The notes beneath the pieces were generated by a model. That model ran no database searches. It was not told where the DNA came from and was given only the letters and a program-made list of their open reading frames with translations. From Curvularia clavata (Eukaryota), in contig CP089274.1 in NCBI GenBank assembly GCA_023920165.1, positions 4,712,001 through 4,776,000 of the forward strand: a stretch of DNA of 64,000 bases, in the 5' to 3' direction. Shown in pieces: positions 25,274 to 38,523 of the stretch. The position numbers were made by a program, and so were the translations under genes. Every line of letters starts with the position of its first letter. Positions within the stretch are counted from its first letter, which is position 1.

Positions 25274-26309
25274 ATGTGCCTGGCTTCTTTGAACTCCAAA
25301 CGCACACTGGACAAGCGAGAGAGGGGGGAAACAACGAAGACGATGATTTGACAAAGATACCATGGACTAGACAGTCATACTTGAAAGGGAGAGGGAGAAG
25401 CGGCGTTTTAGATACACATAGGGCTATGGAATTGCATGGCATGAGATATGGAGATGGCGTGTTGCTTGCGTGATGTATGTGCGAGTAGCGGGGTTTCACT
25501 ATGTGTGTTGCATGAGTTTTTGCCACGCTGCAGCGCCGAGGCTGGATTGTAGGGATATCTTGTGTTCAGGACACTCGGAGTGGTTGCGCTTGTACCACGA
25601 TGCCGGTGAAGTGCAGGCTAACTTTAGGTATCAACAGCCTGAGAATGGTTGTAGAACGGCGTCTATTTGGAGAATCGCTCCACGGCGCACTAAAGGTTGG
25701 ATGAGCTACGTAGCGTACTGATTGTACACCAAGTGCATGTTCCTTCCGCATTCATGCATACTGTAGCGAGGAAATCGCACACGTCACGGATAGCGAAACG
25801 TGACGAAAGACAAGTGTATCATAGTCATGAAGATGTCATCAATGCTTGAATAAAATATTGCATTATGATACTTTTGTCTCTTGTCTGCAGAGATGAAACA
25901 TATGAGGACACCCATTACCTCTTCCGTCTATCCTCATGCTCTCCCTTTCTCAGTGGGACTTGATTCGTGATTCATTAACAAACTCATCCCAAACGTCCTC
26001 CAACTGGCAAACTTCGTACTGGAACTACGCGGGAGTGACGGTAGAGCTGGAGTGCGTGTATGTGTAGTGGTGCTGACAGCCACGGTGGGGATAGTGTGAT
26101 GATGATGATGACGTCCTGGTATTGCAGCAACTGTCGGCTAGGCAATGGGAAATGACGGACCATGGCTCGTCAAACGGTGCGACTAGTCTCTTCCAACACT
26201 TGGTCGAGAGTGTCAAGCTCGTGAGTGGACATGGTGGTATAAACCATTGTGCGTGATAGTTGTGTCATGGTAGGCGTTTATGATGGGAAACGCCCGGGTA
26301 GGTCGTCAC

Positions 26310-26558
26310 TCACGTTGAGCGACGACCTTTTTTGCCCCCGATGGTGAAAGCTCGCTTGATCTTGCTTTCAGTGGTTGTTGGCGAGGTAGGGCTCATTGCT
26401 GCAGAGGTGCTTCCGGAGCGGCGGGTTTCTGAGCTCCCTGAAGATTGGGAAGAAGACCTCTTGCGATGCTCCTCTGCAAGAATGTCGTCCAAGGAGACGT
26501 TCAGGTGGGGGTGGCTGATGGGCACCTCTTCGAGGTTTTCGACAAAGCGGGAAGCCAT
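26310..26558 (-). CDS. Small Ser-rich protein (82 aa), function unknown
   Basis: MASRFVENLEEVPISHPHLNVSLDDILAEEHRKRSSS...; good start context (GCAATGG), CT/CA-rich leader, TATATA about 100 bp upstream. Confidence 0.65.
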   Translation of the reverse strand: MASRFVENLEEVPISHPHLNVSLDDILAEEHRKRSSSQSSGSSETRRSGSTSAAMSPTSPTTTESKIKRAFTIGGKKGRRST

Positions 26559-28236
26559 TGCAGTAGTGCTGGGGATTTGAAGTCGGTTGAGGAGTGGTGT
26601 GGTGGTGATTGAAAGGAGGATAGTGGTGTCTGTGTGTGGGGGAGAGGGGCGTTGGACGTATATAGGTCTGGAGGAATAGTATTGACGTGGGTTTGCGTTA
26701 TGATGTGCTATTGCAGTAAAAGGGTCCACGGGAACAGGTAAGGGAGGAGGTTCCAGAACCCGGGGTGGCGTTGTTGAGGCTTGGTGTACGAGAATGGTAA
26801 TCAGGCACGGAGGGCCGGAGATGAAGAATGGTAGCGAAGGGTGTTGGTTGCGAATGGATAAAGATATGGTGAGATGAGGCGAGCAGCAGGGACAAAGGCA
26901 GGGTATGCAAGGGCGGCGAAAGGTTTTTAAGATTGTGCGAGAAATGAGCAGCGAGCATGTGGGTGGGCGGGAGACAGAGTTGGTGTGTTCGTGTGGATGC
27001 AAGGGCCGGGGGTTCAATTCAGGGTCCCGCCGATCGCAAAGTCTCGATGCATAATAACGGCGGCGCTAAGGGCTGGGAATGACGTGCCGGCGTGGTCTGG
27101 ACAGCTTTCGGCTGGCGCGCCCGCTGCTTTTGGCGCGGGCGTAACCGCAGGCGACCAATTTCTGTGTCACTCAATTGCCGTCTACCACGACGACGACGAC
27201 GGCGACGCTGAAAATAGCACGCATGCCCAAGGCCGAGTAGAAGCGCTCGTCGTCGGTCGTTATCGCGTGCAACGTATTCTTTGCCCCTGCTGCCTGGCTA
27301 TCTGCAGCCAACCGCGGCGGACCCTGCAAAGTCTTGACCGCACGCGCAATCACTTTGCCACAACGTCTTGCGTGTGTATAGAGTAGAGTACATGCTACGT
27401 ACATGGTAGCTAAGCTCCCAAAATAAGCTCCAGGCAGTATTGCGCCGATCAGTGCGATCGGCAGCCCAGCTGGGGACACGACGCCGAGCCTAATCACTCT
27501 ATCCGCATCGCACAAAGTGAGTCAGTAGTTGAATGGGTGTCGTCTGCCGTGCTCGCAGCTGCTCGCAGCTGCTCACGAGGTCATATCGGTCCTCCCTGGC
27601 CACTGACGTAGGACGAGGCGCAACCCAATATCTCAGCCACCGTCTTAATAATTACCCATTTCCGCAACCGGCCTGGCGCCACGCGGGAGGCCGGCTACGG
27701 CTGCCAGCGAACGACATTGCACACTCTGTTCGTGCTGCGTGTGCCGTCGACTAGCCTACATCATCGTGCAGGGACTGCACTTCAAAACGTCGAGCGCTCG
27801 GGCCCGCACCCATCGCCGTCTTTCTGTCTTTGACAAAACCTAATATGGCCTCCACTCTTGGGCCCCATCTCTCACGTCAACCCGCGCAACCCCGTCCTCG
27901 ACTGAGGAATGAGTGCCGAAGCGCTAGCCGCGTGTGCTGAGTCCTAGTCCGGGGCATCCAATATATATCGTCATGAACATGTGCTCCAGTCGGCGCGCAA
28001 TTCGTCTCGCTAGCTGCTCTGGGTGTAATGCGGGGGCTGCATACACAACTCTCCGCTAGTCAGACTGACCACGAGATGCTCGTCCCCACAGACATGTGCA
28101 AGCTTTTGCTAACGGACGCGGGTCCAATGCGTCGCCAGCTCATCCATCATGTCTTTTCCTCTGCACCGCAACCTGACGATCCCTCGCAATAGCCGCGCCC
28201 TAACGTAGCTTGCCTAGTCAGCCACTCAGCCAGCCA

Positions 28237-29960
28237 TCACCACCGTCCTCGACCTCGTCCGCCTCTCCCCCCTCGCCCGCGCCCTCGGTGCCCTTGACCG
28301 CGCCCGCCTCCTCTGCGTCCATCTCCGCCTCTGTATCCCCCTCTTCCACTGCCCCGGTTCGACCGCTGCTGTTCCGGTCTCGGTCCGTTTTCCGCTAGCC
28401 GTGTCCGCTCCTCGTCTGAGGCGTCAAACACGTTTGCGATCTGCACAAGATCGCAGAATCGCTGAGTGTGCGGGTTAGTGTACTCGCTAGGCTGCTCTTG
28501 CACATGAATGCCTGACGCGGCATCGTACACTGGCGCAGTTTGCGCAAAGTCTTCAGGGATCGTCATCTTGTTGCTTTTCACTAGCTTCTCCTCTACCCAT
28601 GCCATCTCCTTCTCTATCAGTGGTCGGTAGAAAGCATCTCCTTTGTCTGCAGGTACTTGGAAATGCGGGTCTCCAACTTGCACATGATCAGCAAACACAC
28701 GAGTGATGGCAAGCCACTCTTTGTCGTATTGCAGCTGTAGAGGGCGTTGCAACTCAGCCGGCGTGTGCGGCTCAACCTCAAGTAACTGCAGGAAATTCCG
28801 TCTAGGCAGACACTTATCCAGTGCCAAGAAACTGGTCGTTTTATTCGTTATGTCTTCAGGGAAGGGTAAGGTCTGGGCAGGTTCCGATTTTTGTCGAGAA
28901 AACGACTCTGGTAAGAGGCTCCGAATATCCTCAGGAATCTCAGATTCCTGTTCGGTTGTCGTACGCTTGCTCGCTTCTGTGTTCTCTGTAGCGGGAGCCG
29001 TCGGAGTTTCGTCTTCATCCATGTCAAGATCGATCTCGGCGTCATTCTTTGGTGCCGGCACAGACTCGTCACCTGCCACATCCAGGTCAATTTCGTCGTC
29101 GTTCACTACTGCTGGGGCGGCGCTCTCAGGCTGAGCGGTCGGCCCTGTGTCAACCTGGGCGTCTTTGTGCTGCCATACGGCAGGATACTTGGCATGCATA
29201 TGTGCACTGAACCAATATGGCGGGCGTAAGCGCTCCAAGACTGCTCTAGCCGCGACACTTCCCAAGCTACCCTCTTTTGCTTCTTGTTCGAAGTCAGGCT
29301 TCCACTTGAAGAGCTGTCGGTAATTGCCTTTCCACTCCATACCACGTGGCCAGTCATGGCTCAGTCCAATATCAACCTGTGTTCGTATCTGAAGCAGCTT
29401 GCGCACTTCAAGCTCCCGAACGTGATAGATGCTCTTCACATCGTCGCTGTTGTAGGGCAAACGCTCGTAATGCGGCTTATTGTAGTTGTAGCCTTTCCAG
29501 ATACCGGACAGACCAGCAATACGAAGAGGACCCAATTGTACTACGTTTGCTGCGCCCATGTAGTAGATCTTGGGCGCAGCCCACCCACCGTAGTAGAGCT
29601 CCCACATGTAATTACTTGCTTCATGATTACCGCCGATAAATATGGTGAGATACGGAGCAAGGCGCGCGCCGGAGTAGTATTCGTGGAAGTCGTGCATGGC
29701 ATAGTATTTGGGAGGAATTGATACTGCCTTGAGATCGGATGCATTTCGGACAGCCTACAATGTCAGATACTGCAAACGCATCGCAATGAGGAGCCCCTCA
29801 CCTGAAAGTCTCCGCCGATGATCAACAGATCGACATCAGGCCAGCCCTTCATCTCGCATGATTTCGCGACGGATGCGTAGATCTCATTGAGCACTCCGTG
29901 ACCGCAGCCCTCCACAGCTATGCGCAGCCCTTGCCGTTCGATCAATTCAGGCGCCGCCAT
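28237..29960 (-). CDS. DBR1: RNA lariat debranching enzyme
   Basis: IAVEGCGHG, GGDFQ, FIGGNHEASN, LSHDWP, WFSAHMH, FLALDKCLP; C-terminal RGG tail; one intron. Confidence 0.95.
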
Positions 29961-30242
29961 GCTTGGCCAAGTTGAGGTAGGTGACGCGAGTAAGTCTGGC
30001 AGAGTAGGGACGCGACTCAATTATCACTGGTGAATTTGTGTGTATGATGCTTGGGCACAAGCAATTGCGACCGGCCAACAGTAAACAGTCGAACGGAGAA
30101 GTTGTCGAGCGAGGTACGACCGAGGGCCCTGCAGCTGCTAGCGTCGGAGATCGGCGTTATGATAAGAAGTGAGCACGTGATGATACCGAACCTGCAGCAA
30201 GCTCTCCAAGCTCTGCACCGAGATCATACAGGTGCTCCAACA

Positions 30243-30824
30243 ATGGCACAAACCGACCAAATCGAAGCGCGGGCGAGATTCCTTCAAGAGGCTGCCCATT
30301 TTCTCGCTGCCTCTTCGCCGACGACTGCAGCATTCATTGGAAGGGCACATAACAAACTGATCGAGGATAGCGAGTTGGAAATTCCAAGCAAAGAAGCCGA
30401 TGCCTATCGTCGAAGCATCTGCAACGCCTGCGGCAATATCATGATTCCCGGATGGTCATGTAAAGTCTCGAGCCATGTTCCCGGTATAGCCTCCATAAAT
30501 AAAGACCACAGCAACCCCAAGAAACCACCAAAGGTAGAAAAAACTATCATTTACACGTGCTCGATGTGCCATCGCGAGACACATCAAGTGCTGCGGCAGA
30601 AACCACGCAGAAGGAACGAGAGATCGATGCCTGTGCGGAATGCAGAGCCTACCACAGCACCAGGAAAGCCAATAAAGGAAGCCGACAACGCGCCAAAGAC
30701 ACTGAACGCCAGCAGCAAGCAAAGACAAAAGGCACGCAAAGGCGGCTTGCAAGCCATGCTCGACAAAAAGAAGTCGGAGAACTCGGCCAATGGCGGCCTC
30801 GACCTGATGGACTTTGCCATGTAA
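30243..30824 (+). CDS. RNase P/MRP subunit, Rpr2/Rpp21/Snm1 family
   Basis: ARARFLQEAAHFL, RRSICNACGNIMIPG and YTCSMC zinc-ribbon pair. Confidence 0.8.
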   Translation: MAQTDQIEARARFLQEAAHFLAASSPTTAAFIGRAHNKLIEDSELEIPSKEADAYRRSICNACGNIMIPGWSCKVSSHVPGIASINKDHSNPKKPPKVEKTIIYTCSMCHRETHQVLRQKPRRRNERSMPVRNAEPTTAPGKPIKEADNAPKTLNASSKQRQKARKGGLQAMLDKKKSENSANGGLDLMDFAM

Positions 30825-31021
30825 ACGCCGGGTAGGGCTGAGTAGCAGCAACCTTGCTGGGATGCGTCACAGCTTAGCGAAACCCCGCCGCGGGGCGACT
30901 CAAAAAAATTCCAGCACTTTCGTCATCAGAACTTGCGGCGCCACTTCACATATTCGAGCAGCGAGAGTAAATTCATTCCCTTCAACCCTACTCTACAGCC
31001 ACATCACTCGATTTTGAAAAA

Positions 31022-32577
31022 ATGGCACAGCACACGAGTCTTGCGAAAGACCTCTTCGAGGACATGGGCCGCAAGGTCGCCGAGGCCAGCGCCCAGCCAG
31101 ACAGCGAAGACGGCAGCAAAGTTGTCGATGAGATTGAGAGTTTGTGTATGAACTGCCACGAGAACGTAGGTATAGCAAGAGAATATTCATACAAGTAGCT
31201 AACCTTCTCCAAGGGAACCACTCGGCTGCTCCTCACTAGGATACCGTTCTTCCGCGAGATCGTCCTCATGTCCTTCTCATGCCCACACTGCCACTTCAAA
31301 AACTCCGAGGTCCAGCCCGCCGGCGAGATACAACAGCGGGGTATCCGATTTTCGCTCAAGGTCGACACCGCCGATGATCTCAGCCGACAGATTATTAAAA
31401 GCGATACCGCGATTTTCCGAATTGAGGACATCGATCTTGAGATTCCCCCAGGAAGGGGACAACTGACCAATGTTGAGGGCATTCTCACCATGGTTGCGCA
31501 AGACTTGGAGCAGAAGCAAGACGAGAGGAAAGAGGTGGTACCAGAGGTGTACGAGCAGTTACAGGGTGTCATCAACACGCTCAAGCAAATGGCGAGCGGA
31601 GAGAAATTGCCATTCAAGTTGACAGTCGACGACCCTGCTGGTAACTCCTCGATTGAGCCTCCGACCGTACTCGCTGCAGGCAAATACTCACGACATGAGT
31701 ACGCGCGCACTGCTGAACAGAACGAAGCATTGGGCCTTGGAGATACTAGCGGCGAGGCGCCTGCCACCGAGATTCGCCCAGAGTACCACGCTTCGCAGAT
31801 GTACCCGGAGATGCCCTCGGCCCACCAGCCCATGGTGAACAACGTAGACGACGATATTGTGGAGAACCAGGTTTACTCGTTCCCTGCTAGTTGTCCCGGA
31901 TGCACTAAGCCGTGCACTACAAACATGAAGATGGTCAACATTCCCCACTTCAAGCAAGTAGTCCTGATGAGCACCGTGTGCGATCATTGCGGATGTAAGT
32001 TGGACTTGAGAATTTGGATATGACCGCTCACTAACGTTCTGTAGACCGAAGTAATGAAGTCAAGACAGGAGGTGAGGTTCCTGAGAAGGGCCGCGTCATC
32101 ACTGTTACTGTTGACAGCAAGGAGGATCTGTCACGAGATATCCTCAAGGCTGAGTCCTGTGCCATGTCTTGCCCTGAATTGAACCTCAGTGTTGAGCCAG
32201 GTACGCTTGGCGGTCGCTTCACAACGATTGAGGGTCTCCTTACGCAAGTACGCGACGATCTAAAATCTTCCATCTTCGATGCTGCAGATGGCGGTGACTC
32301 CATGGATGCAGAGGCGAAGCAGAAGTGGAATACCTTCTTCGAAAACCTCTCAAAAGCTATCAACGGTGATGACAAGTTCACCATTGTCCTCAGGGACCCT
32401 CTTGCCAGCAGCTATGTCCAGAGCTTCACCGCACCTGAGCCGGACCCCAAGATCAAGGCCGAGGACTACGAGCGAACAGAGGAAGAGGAGGAAGATTTGG
32501 GTCTTAAGGATATGAAGACGGAGGGCTACGAGCAAGAGCATGCGGCGACGAACGGTGCGACCACCAATGGCGCGTAA
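31022..32577 (+). CDS. ZPR1: Zinc finger protein ZPR1
   Basis: Two ZnF-domain modules (ESLCMNC...CPHC; CPGC...CDHC), PGTLGGRFTTIEGLL; two introns. Confidence 0.95.
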
Positions 32578-32781
32578 GGGTTCGGATCAATTCCACATCC
32601 TCTAGATTTCCTTGACTCTTCTTGCATTGAGTCGGCGCTTCCGAAGATACCAGGGCCTCGCCAGCCACGATGAGTACAAAAATGATTTCATGCCGCAGTA
32701 TGTTCGCCGGTGGTAATGTTTTTGTGGCGTTGTCGTAACCGATGCTACCATGCGTGATATTTCTTGAGCTTGGCTGATCGC

Positions 32782-33340
32782 TCAACCCGCCAAAGGGTTT
32801 GCGTGTATTGTGACATTCTTGATCTCAATCCTCTCCTGTGGGCGCGACTTCTTGTCCACTTGCACTTGCTCTATATCATCCAATGTCTCCCAGCCCTCCA
32901 AGACTTTTCCAAACACGGTATTCTTCCCATCCAAATGCGGGGCGGCCGCAAACGTAATGAAGAATTGAGAACCGTTTGAATTGGGACCCTTGTTTGCCAT
33001 GCTCACAATTCCCCTCGCATTGTGCCTCAGCGCTGGCTTGATTTCGTCCTCGAATAGCTGGTTAGGTGTGTCGAAGATGGAGGTCGACGTCTTAGATTTG
33101 GGGTCTGAGGCAGGCGACCCTGTCTGTACCATAAACGAAGGAATCATGCGGTGGAACGGCGAGCCATTGTAGAAGCCTGAAGCGCAGAGGGCTAGAAAGT
33201 TTTCGGCGGTTTTGGGGACGGTTTCGCAGAAAATCTCGAGTTTGATGTCGCCTTTGGTGGTGTGTAGCTAGGCAGCGTTAGGAACATATCTCGGAGAGGC
33301 ATACAGGCGAGGAATATTCGGGGCTTACAGTAACGGACAT
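32782..33340 (-). CDS. PPIL3: Cyclophilin PPIL3-like peptidyl-prolyl isomerase
   Basis: MSVT|LHTTKGDIKLEIFCE...ENFLALCAS, SMANKGPNSNGSQFFIT, TIHANPLA. Confidence 0.9.
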
Positions 33341-34015
33341 GGTGGTGGTGGTGGTGAGATGTGGTGTTGATCAGAGGGCAGGATCGCGCGGTCAGATGCG
33401 AAGCAGACGCGGCGGAGTTGTCGAGCTTACCATCTCCACCTCGCGGCGGCTAGAACATGTGCGTCAGCCCCGTCTATACGTTTCACCTTGGTGCAATCGC
33501 CCTGCATTCGCTATCATCGCCATTACCCTAGCCTTCTCGCGTCTGCGGTTTATGCCCAGCCCTCGGGCTCCATCATCAGCCGCCTCAGCTATACAGACTC
33601 CAGCTGCAGCTGCAGCTCCAGCTTCACTCCACCCCACAACCAGCACTGCCCTACGGGCCTCGGACGTCATCAACTTCAGACTCCAGCATACCCACACACC
33701 CACCACACGCTCCATCCCGTACAAATCTCTCGTATTCTCGCTGGTCGGCCCGCCGCGCAGCCACCGGCTCCCCTGCCGCCTATCCAGCGAGACCCCGCTG
33801 GTTCAAGAGTCGAGCCGTCTGCCGTACATCGCCCTAACCCCACACTCGAGGCTACCTACTGGTAGCTCCCAGCACCAGATCGCATAGCTACCAGTCGGCC
33901 CACTACATTTAACCAAGGGCGCGCATCTCCAACACGAGGCCTGGGTGCTCAAAGGCCACAGTCACGCCCATGCAGCGCCAGCTGCGGTCCCACGCTTGCG
34001 CTGTGAGATTCAAAC

Positions 34016-35394
34016 ATGTCGGCCTTCGTGCGCGTCTCAGGACCGCCAAACAGTAACTTTCTCGTAGGCTATCCTGGCATATCGGCTACACTTGTACGTG
34101 CCTCTTGTTCCGTCCTCTTGTCATTGCATGTCTGGCGTTTTTGTGTGCCCATCTGGGGCCACTGCTCAGCGCGCAGCGCTTTCGCAACCATACTGGTCCA
34201 ATGCTGACACACCCGCAGCCTCGAATAGAAGGAAAAGTCGAAATACGCCCACTCGTCGGTATCTCGGCGCCTGTCAATGTCTCGCTCGTTACCATTGCCT
34301 TGCACCGTCGCGAGACCATTCACCCCTCCGCCGACTCGGTCACCAAGAAGCATCTGGCTGCCCCGCGCAAAGAAATCACCGACATTGTGGGCAAGGAAAT
34401 GCTCCTGTATCGATGTTCGCCTGGGAAAGAATACGAGAGCATATTATGTATGGACCTTCCCTTCGTCATCTTCATACCGTACGGACGTGGTGGCGAGGAG
34501 GTGGCGCGGAGAGTTCCGCCAGCAAGTTTACAGTTACCGAGTCGGACAGCTGAGACATTCTACGAGCTGGTCGTGACAGTTCAGCAAGGACCTCAAGAAC
34601 AGAAGAAGTACCCATTTGCAGTACCAATACAACGATACGATACCCTCTCCACATTTGGCATGTACAATCGACCCGAGAGCGCGGAACGAGTCACGGATCA
34701 CTTGGTCACTCTTGGAATAAGCTTGCCCCGTTGGAGTTACGGACCGCTCGATCCTGTTTCAGTATACATCAAGCTGAGTCCGAACCCGGATTGGTTGAAT
34801 AAGGCGAAGAAGGTCACGATACAGAAGATCACAGTTGGCATAGATGAGGAGATCATTTTCAATCACGAGGGAGACGAACCAACACGAAAAGTAAAGAACT
34901 TGGCGAAAACGACACAGGCAGTTGGAGTCAAGATGCCTGAGGCCGGCTATTTCACCAACCTTGGACTCGTCTTTCCAGCAAAGGAATTGCGAGATAGCGC
35001 TGGAATAATACCCAGAGGACAGAAGGAATTTCCAATGTACGCTGTGAATGGCTTCACGACAACTGGCACTCTGTACAAGATTGAGTACTATCTCACGGTC
35101 AAGGTAAGCTGGAGTGGACACATTCTAGTACTAAGCGCTTACCAGATGCAGGCACAAATGTCGTCAGCACGAGATATTTTGCTTCGTCAGCCAATTGTCG
35201 TATGTCCGTTCGACCACGCCGGCTGCAAACAAGAGATGGAAGCCATTGAGCAAGCCGCCAAGGACGCCGCACACGTCGCGCCTGACAACCCCATGCTTCC
35301 TGCCAGCACAATCATACGATCCAACGACCCAGAAGGCCTACGCGCTCTCGGCATCTCCATCGTAGGCGGTGTACGGAAACCGCTGATTGAGTGA
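34016..35394 (+). CDS. Arrestin-like fungal protein
   Basis: MSAFVRVSGPPNSNFLVGYPGISATL|PRIEGKVEIR, PPASLQLP, TLYKIEYYLTVK; two introns; family assignment from recall. Confidence 0.7.
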
Positions 35395-36614
35395 AGAGCT
35401 ATCATTGGAGAGTTTGAATTCTGTAAGGAAGTGGTTGTTTCTGGAAAGCTGCCAAGCTCGAATGACATACCTACGACTTTCACGCAATTGGGGGGACACT
35501 GTAAATGCCTTCCGTTTCGTTGCAGCTCAAACCCAGTGTAGAGCCTCCCAGCTTCACTGACGGTCCTTTCCAAGCCATACGCGCGAAGCCTGAGGTTCTC
35601 AGTCGCGTGCGATTGCATGCAGTACAGCAAGAATAACTGGGGATGTAGCGCAAACTACAAGCACTGTTTGCTGCAGCAGGGCGACGAGCTATGTATTGGG
35701 CTCCATCACCACACGCATTTGGTCCCATTTGAGCGTACACCCGGCGTAACGACATATACCCAGCGGCGTCGTGCAATGTACAACACAAGCCCTTGAATTT
35801 TTCCGTTCTTGTTTCTTCCGTTGGGCGTTTGACACCGGTGGGTACGGGTGGACGGGACAGTTGCTTGAGTACTTTTTTGCCTTTATGATACCTTCAGCTC
35901 CTTCCTTTTTTTTCCAACGTTTAATCACTAGTCATTTTGATTGCAAACGAGGACCAGATAGGGAATTTGGTTGTGCGAGGTTATGCCAGGGTTGGCTATG
36001 TGTATTATGGTGATGTGGCGGCTGAAGAGTAGGACCGGAGATGTCAAGGTGACTGGCTTTGTTCTATGGAGAGAGTAGAGAAGAGTTGGAGGTATTGTTG
36101 TTACCATTACTATATTTCGGTCGACACAATACATATAATATTCTGTATTCGTGCAACTCCTCTTTGGAAACATTCGTTCCTTCTGTCTTGTTTTCCACGA
36201 ATCGAAGTATGCGAACCAGTCCTAGGAAGCAAGCCTTGAATACCTCGTTTCGAGCATGTGAAAATAAGCAGCACATAGTACTCTTTAGAGGCAAGTGGGG
36301 ATCTCGGCACTGTGGCGGAAGGAAACGCCGCGGAGGTTTGTCATTGGAATCTTTTGGAAATGCAAGCTTATCGATAGGCTGGCGCATTGCGTGACTGCAA
36401 AGGGTCCTGTCATCCGCGACATCGGCTCTAGGAATCTTTTGTATTCGGCCTGCGCTCTTCTTTCGTTTTTATTCTGCAACTGATATCCTCTTGCATTCTA
36501 CGGTGTTCTTTTGTTCGTTTTCGTATCCAAGGCCTTTTTCGGCTTTTTTTTGTGAATTGCTTCCATACTTCCGGACTTGCCACCCCTCGTTCCCCCACCA
36601 ATCGCTCGCGCACC

Positions 36615-38523
36615 ATGAGTGCCATTCTTTCGGCGGACGACCTGAACGACTTCATATCGCCGGGCGTCGCATGCATCAAACCTATTGAAACGCTCCCTGC
36701 ACAGCGAGAAGACACATCGGTATGCCCCTTTGCGCTGGTTCCTGGGTCAGCGCATGCTAATCTGCTAGAATGCCTATGAAGTCACAACGGAAGAGAAGGC
36801 CGCTGCCTCAGAACCGCCACCACCCGCTTCGATATCGCTGACAGACTGCCTCGCTTGTTCAGGATGTGTGACGAGCGCGGAAGCAGTGCTGGTCTCGCTA
36901 CAATCGCATACTGAGGTTCTGACGACACTCGATACCTATCGGTCGCTGCGCGGACCATGGCTGGAACAAAATGGGACCAATGGTGTCGCTAACGGCTGCG
37001 CACATAATGGAGTCACTACTGAAACGAACGGGAACATCTCTGAGGGAAAGTTATTCGTGGCAAGCGTCTCGCCGCAGACGCGCGCAAGTCTGGCAGCCGT
37101 CTTCAATGTTTCCGAAGTAGAGGCCGGTAACATGATTTCGCAGCTCCTCAGCGGTCCAACAGGCTTAAAAACTGGCGGCCATCAGGGAAGTGACTTCACT
37201 TGGGTTATTGACACCAATGTAATGCGAGAAGCCTGCCTTGTAGCCGCAGCAGATGAGGTCACAAATGCGCTTTCGTCTGCAACAGCAAAATCTCCACCAA
37301 CACCTGGATCCGAAGGCGCAATTGATACCATACCAAAGGCACCTATACTCACATCTGCATGTCCTGGCTGGATATGCTATGCTGAGAAGACACATCCATA
37401 CGTTCTGCCACACCTTTCGCGCCTCAAGTCCCCTCAGGCGCTTACGGGCACCTTGATCAAGTCAGTTCTTAGCGAGCGATACAATGTATCACCGTCACAG
37501 ATATGGCATTTGGCAATCATGCCCTGCTTTGACAAGAAGCTCGAAGCTAGCCGCGGCGAGCTCACGTCTGCTGCCTGGCTGCCGAGCCATAGTCAGTCCG
37601 GAGAGAAGATACGGGACACCGACTGCGTCATTACTGCTCGTGAACTACTGCATCTTGCTGCAGCCCGTGGCATTAACTTTGCCAGCCTTCCTCGGACTCC
37701 TCTTTCTCCATCAGATCGAACACCGTTCCCGGACCCCAAACTTGACGCTTTCTTGTTTCCTTCTTCACGCCGGAAGAATCAGAGCGTTGCCGCCGGTCCC
37801 TCTGGAGGCTACCTGTACCATATTTTACAAACATACCAGGCGCGGAATCCAGGGTCATCGATATCGATAGCGAGAGGTCGGAATTCCGATGTAGTGGAGT
37901 ACTCTGTGGTTCAGGGCTCAGAAGTCATTATCAAAGCGGCGCGGTTTTATGGTTTCCGCAACATCCAAAATCTAGTACGACGGCTAAAGCCAGCAAGAGC
38001 AAGCAGACTGCCAGGTGGAAAGACAGGTGTTAGCAGGAGGCCAGGGGGAGCCAGTGCAGCTGGCGAAGGTGTGAAAGATTACGCATATGTTGAGGTCATG
38101 GCTTGCCCAGGCGGATGTACAAACGGGGGCGGACAAGTCAAAGTCCAAGAAGTGGAAGAAGTTCGCGTCTACGAGGGCATACAAAAAGCTAACGAAGACG
38201 CTCCCACACCAAAGCCTGGTCCAAAGGAACAAAAAGAGTGGCTAGCCAGGGTCGACGAAGCATACTTTTCAGGCACAGAATCAGACGACGAGAAGAGCAA
38301 CGGTTCCGAGGCAAACGGCCACGCTTCTGAAGATGTCGTCGATGGGATATCAAGATCGCACATGAAGGATATGATGGCGCATTGGTCACGTATCACAGGC
38401 GTCGAGCAACAGAAGCTCATATACACATCGTACATCAAAGTCGAGAGCGACGTGGGGAAGAAGAAGCAGAGTGACATGGAAAGAGTGGCTGGCTTGGCTG
38501 TTACTGCGGGTGGTGGATGGTAG
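36615..38523 (+). CDS. NAR1: Cytosolic Fe-S assembly factor, hydrogenase-like
   Basis: [70 protein letters not shown]. Confidence 0.95.

Noticed and set aside
30988..31842. 284-aa antisense ORF over ZPR1 (and similar shadow ORFs over other genes)
   Set aside because: Antisense shadows expected from codon bias in GC-rich coding DNA
33339..33887. ORFs between PPIL3 and the arrestin gene as a possible N-terminal extension
   Set aside because: The in-frame ORF stops at 33865, before the arrestin ATG; composition fits a 5' leader
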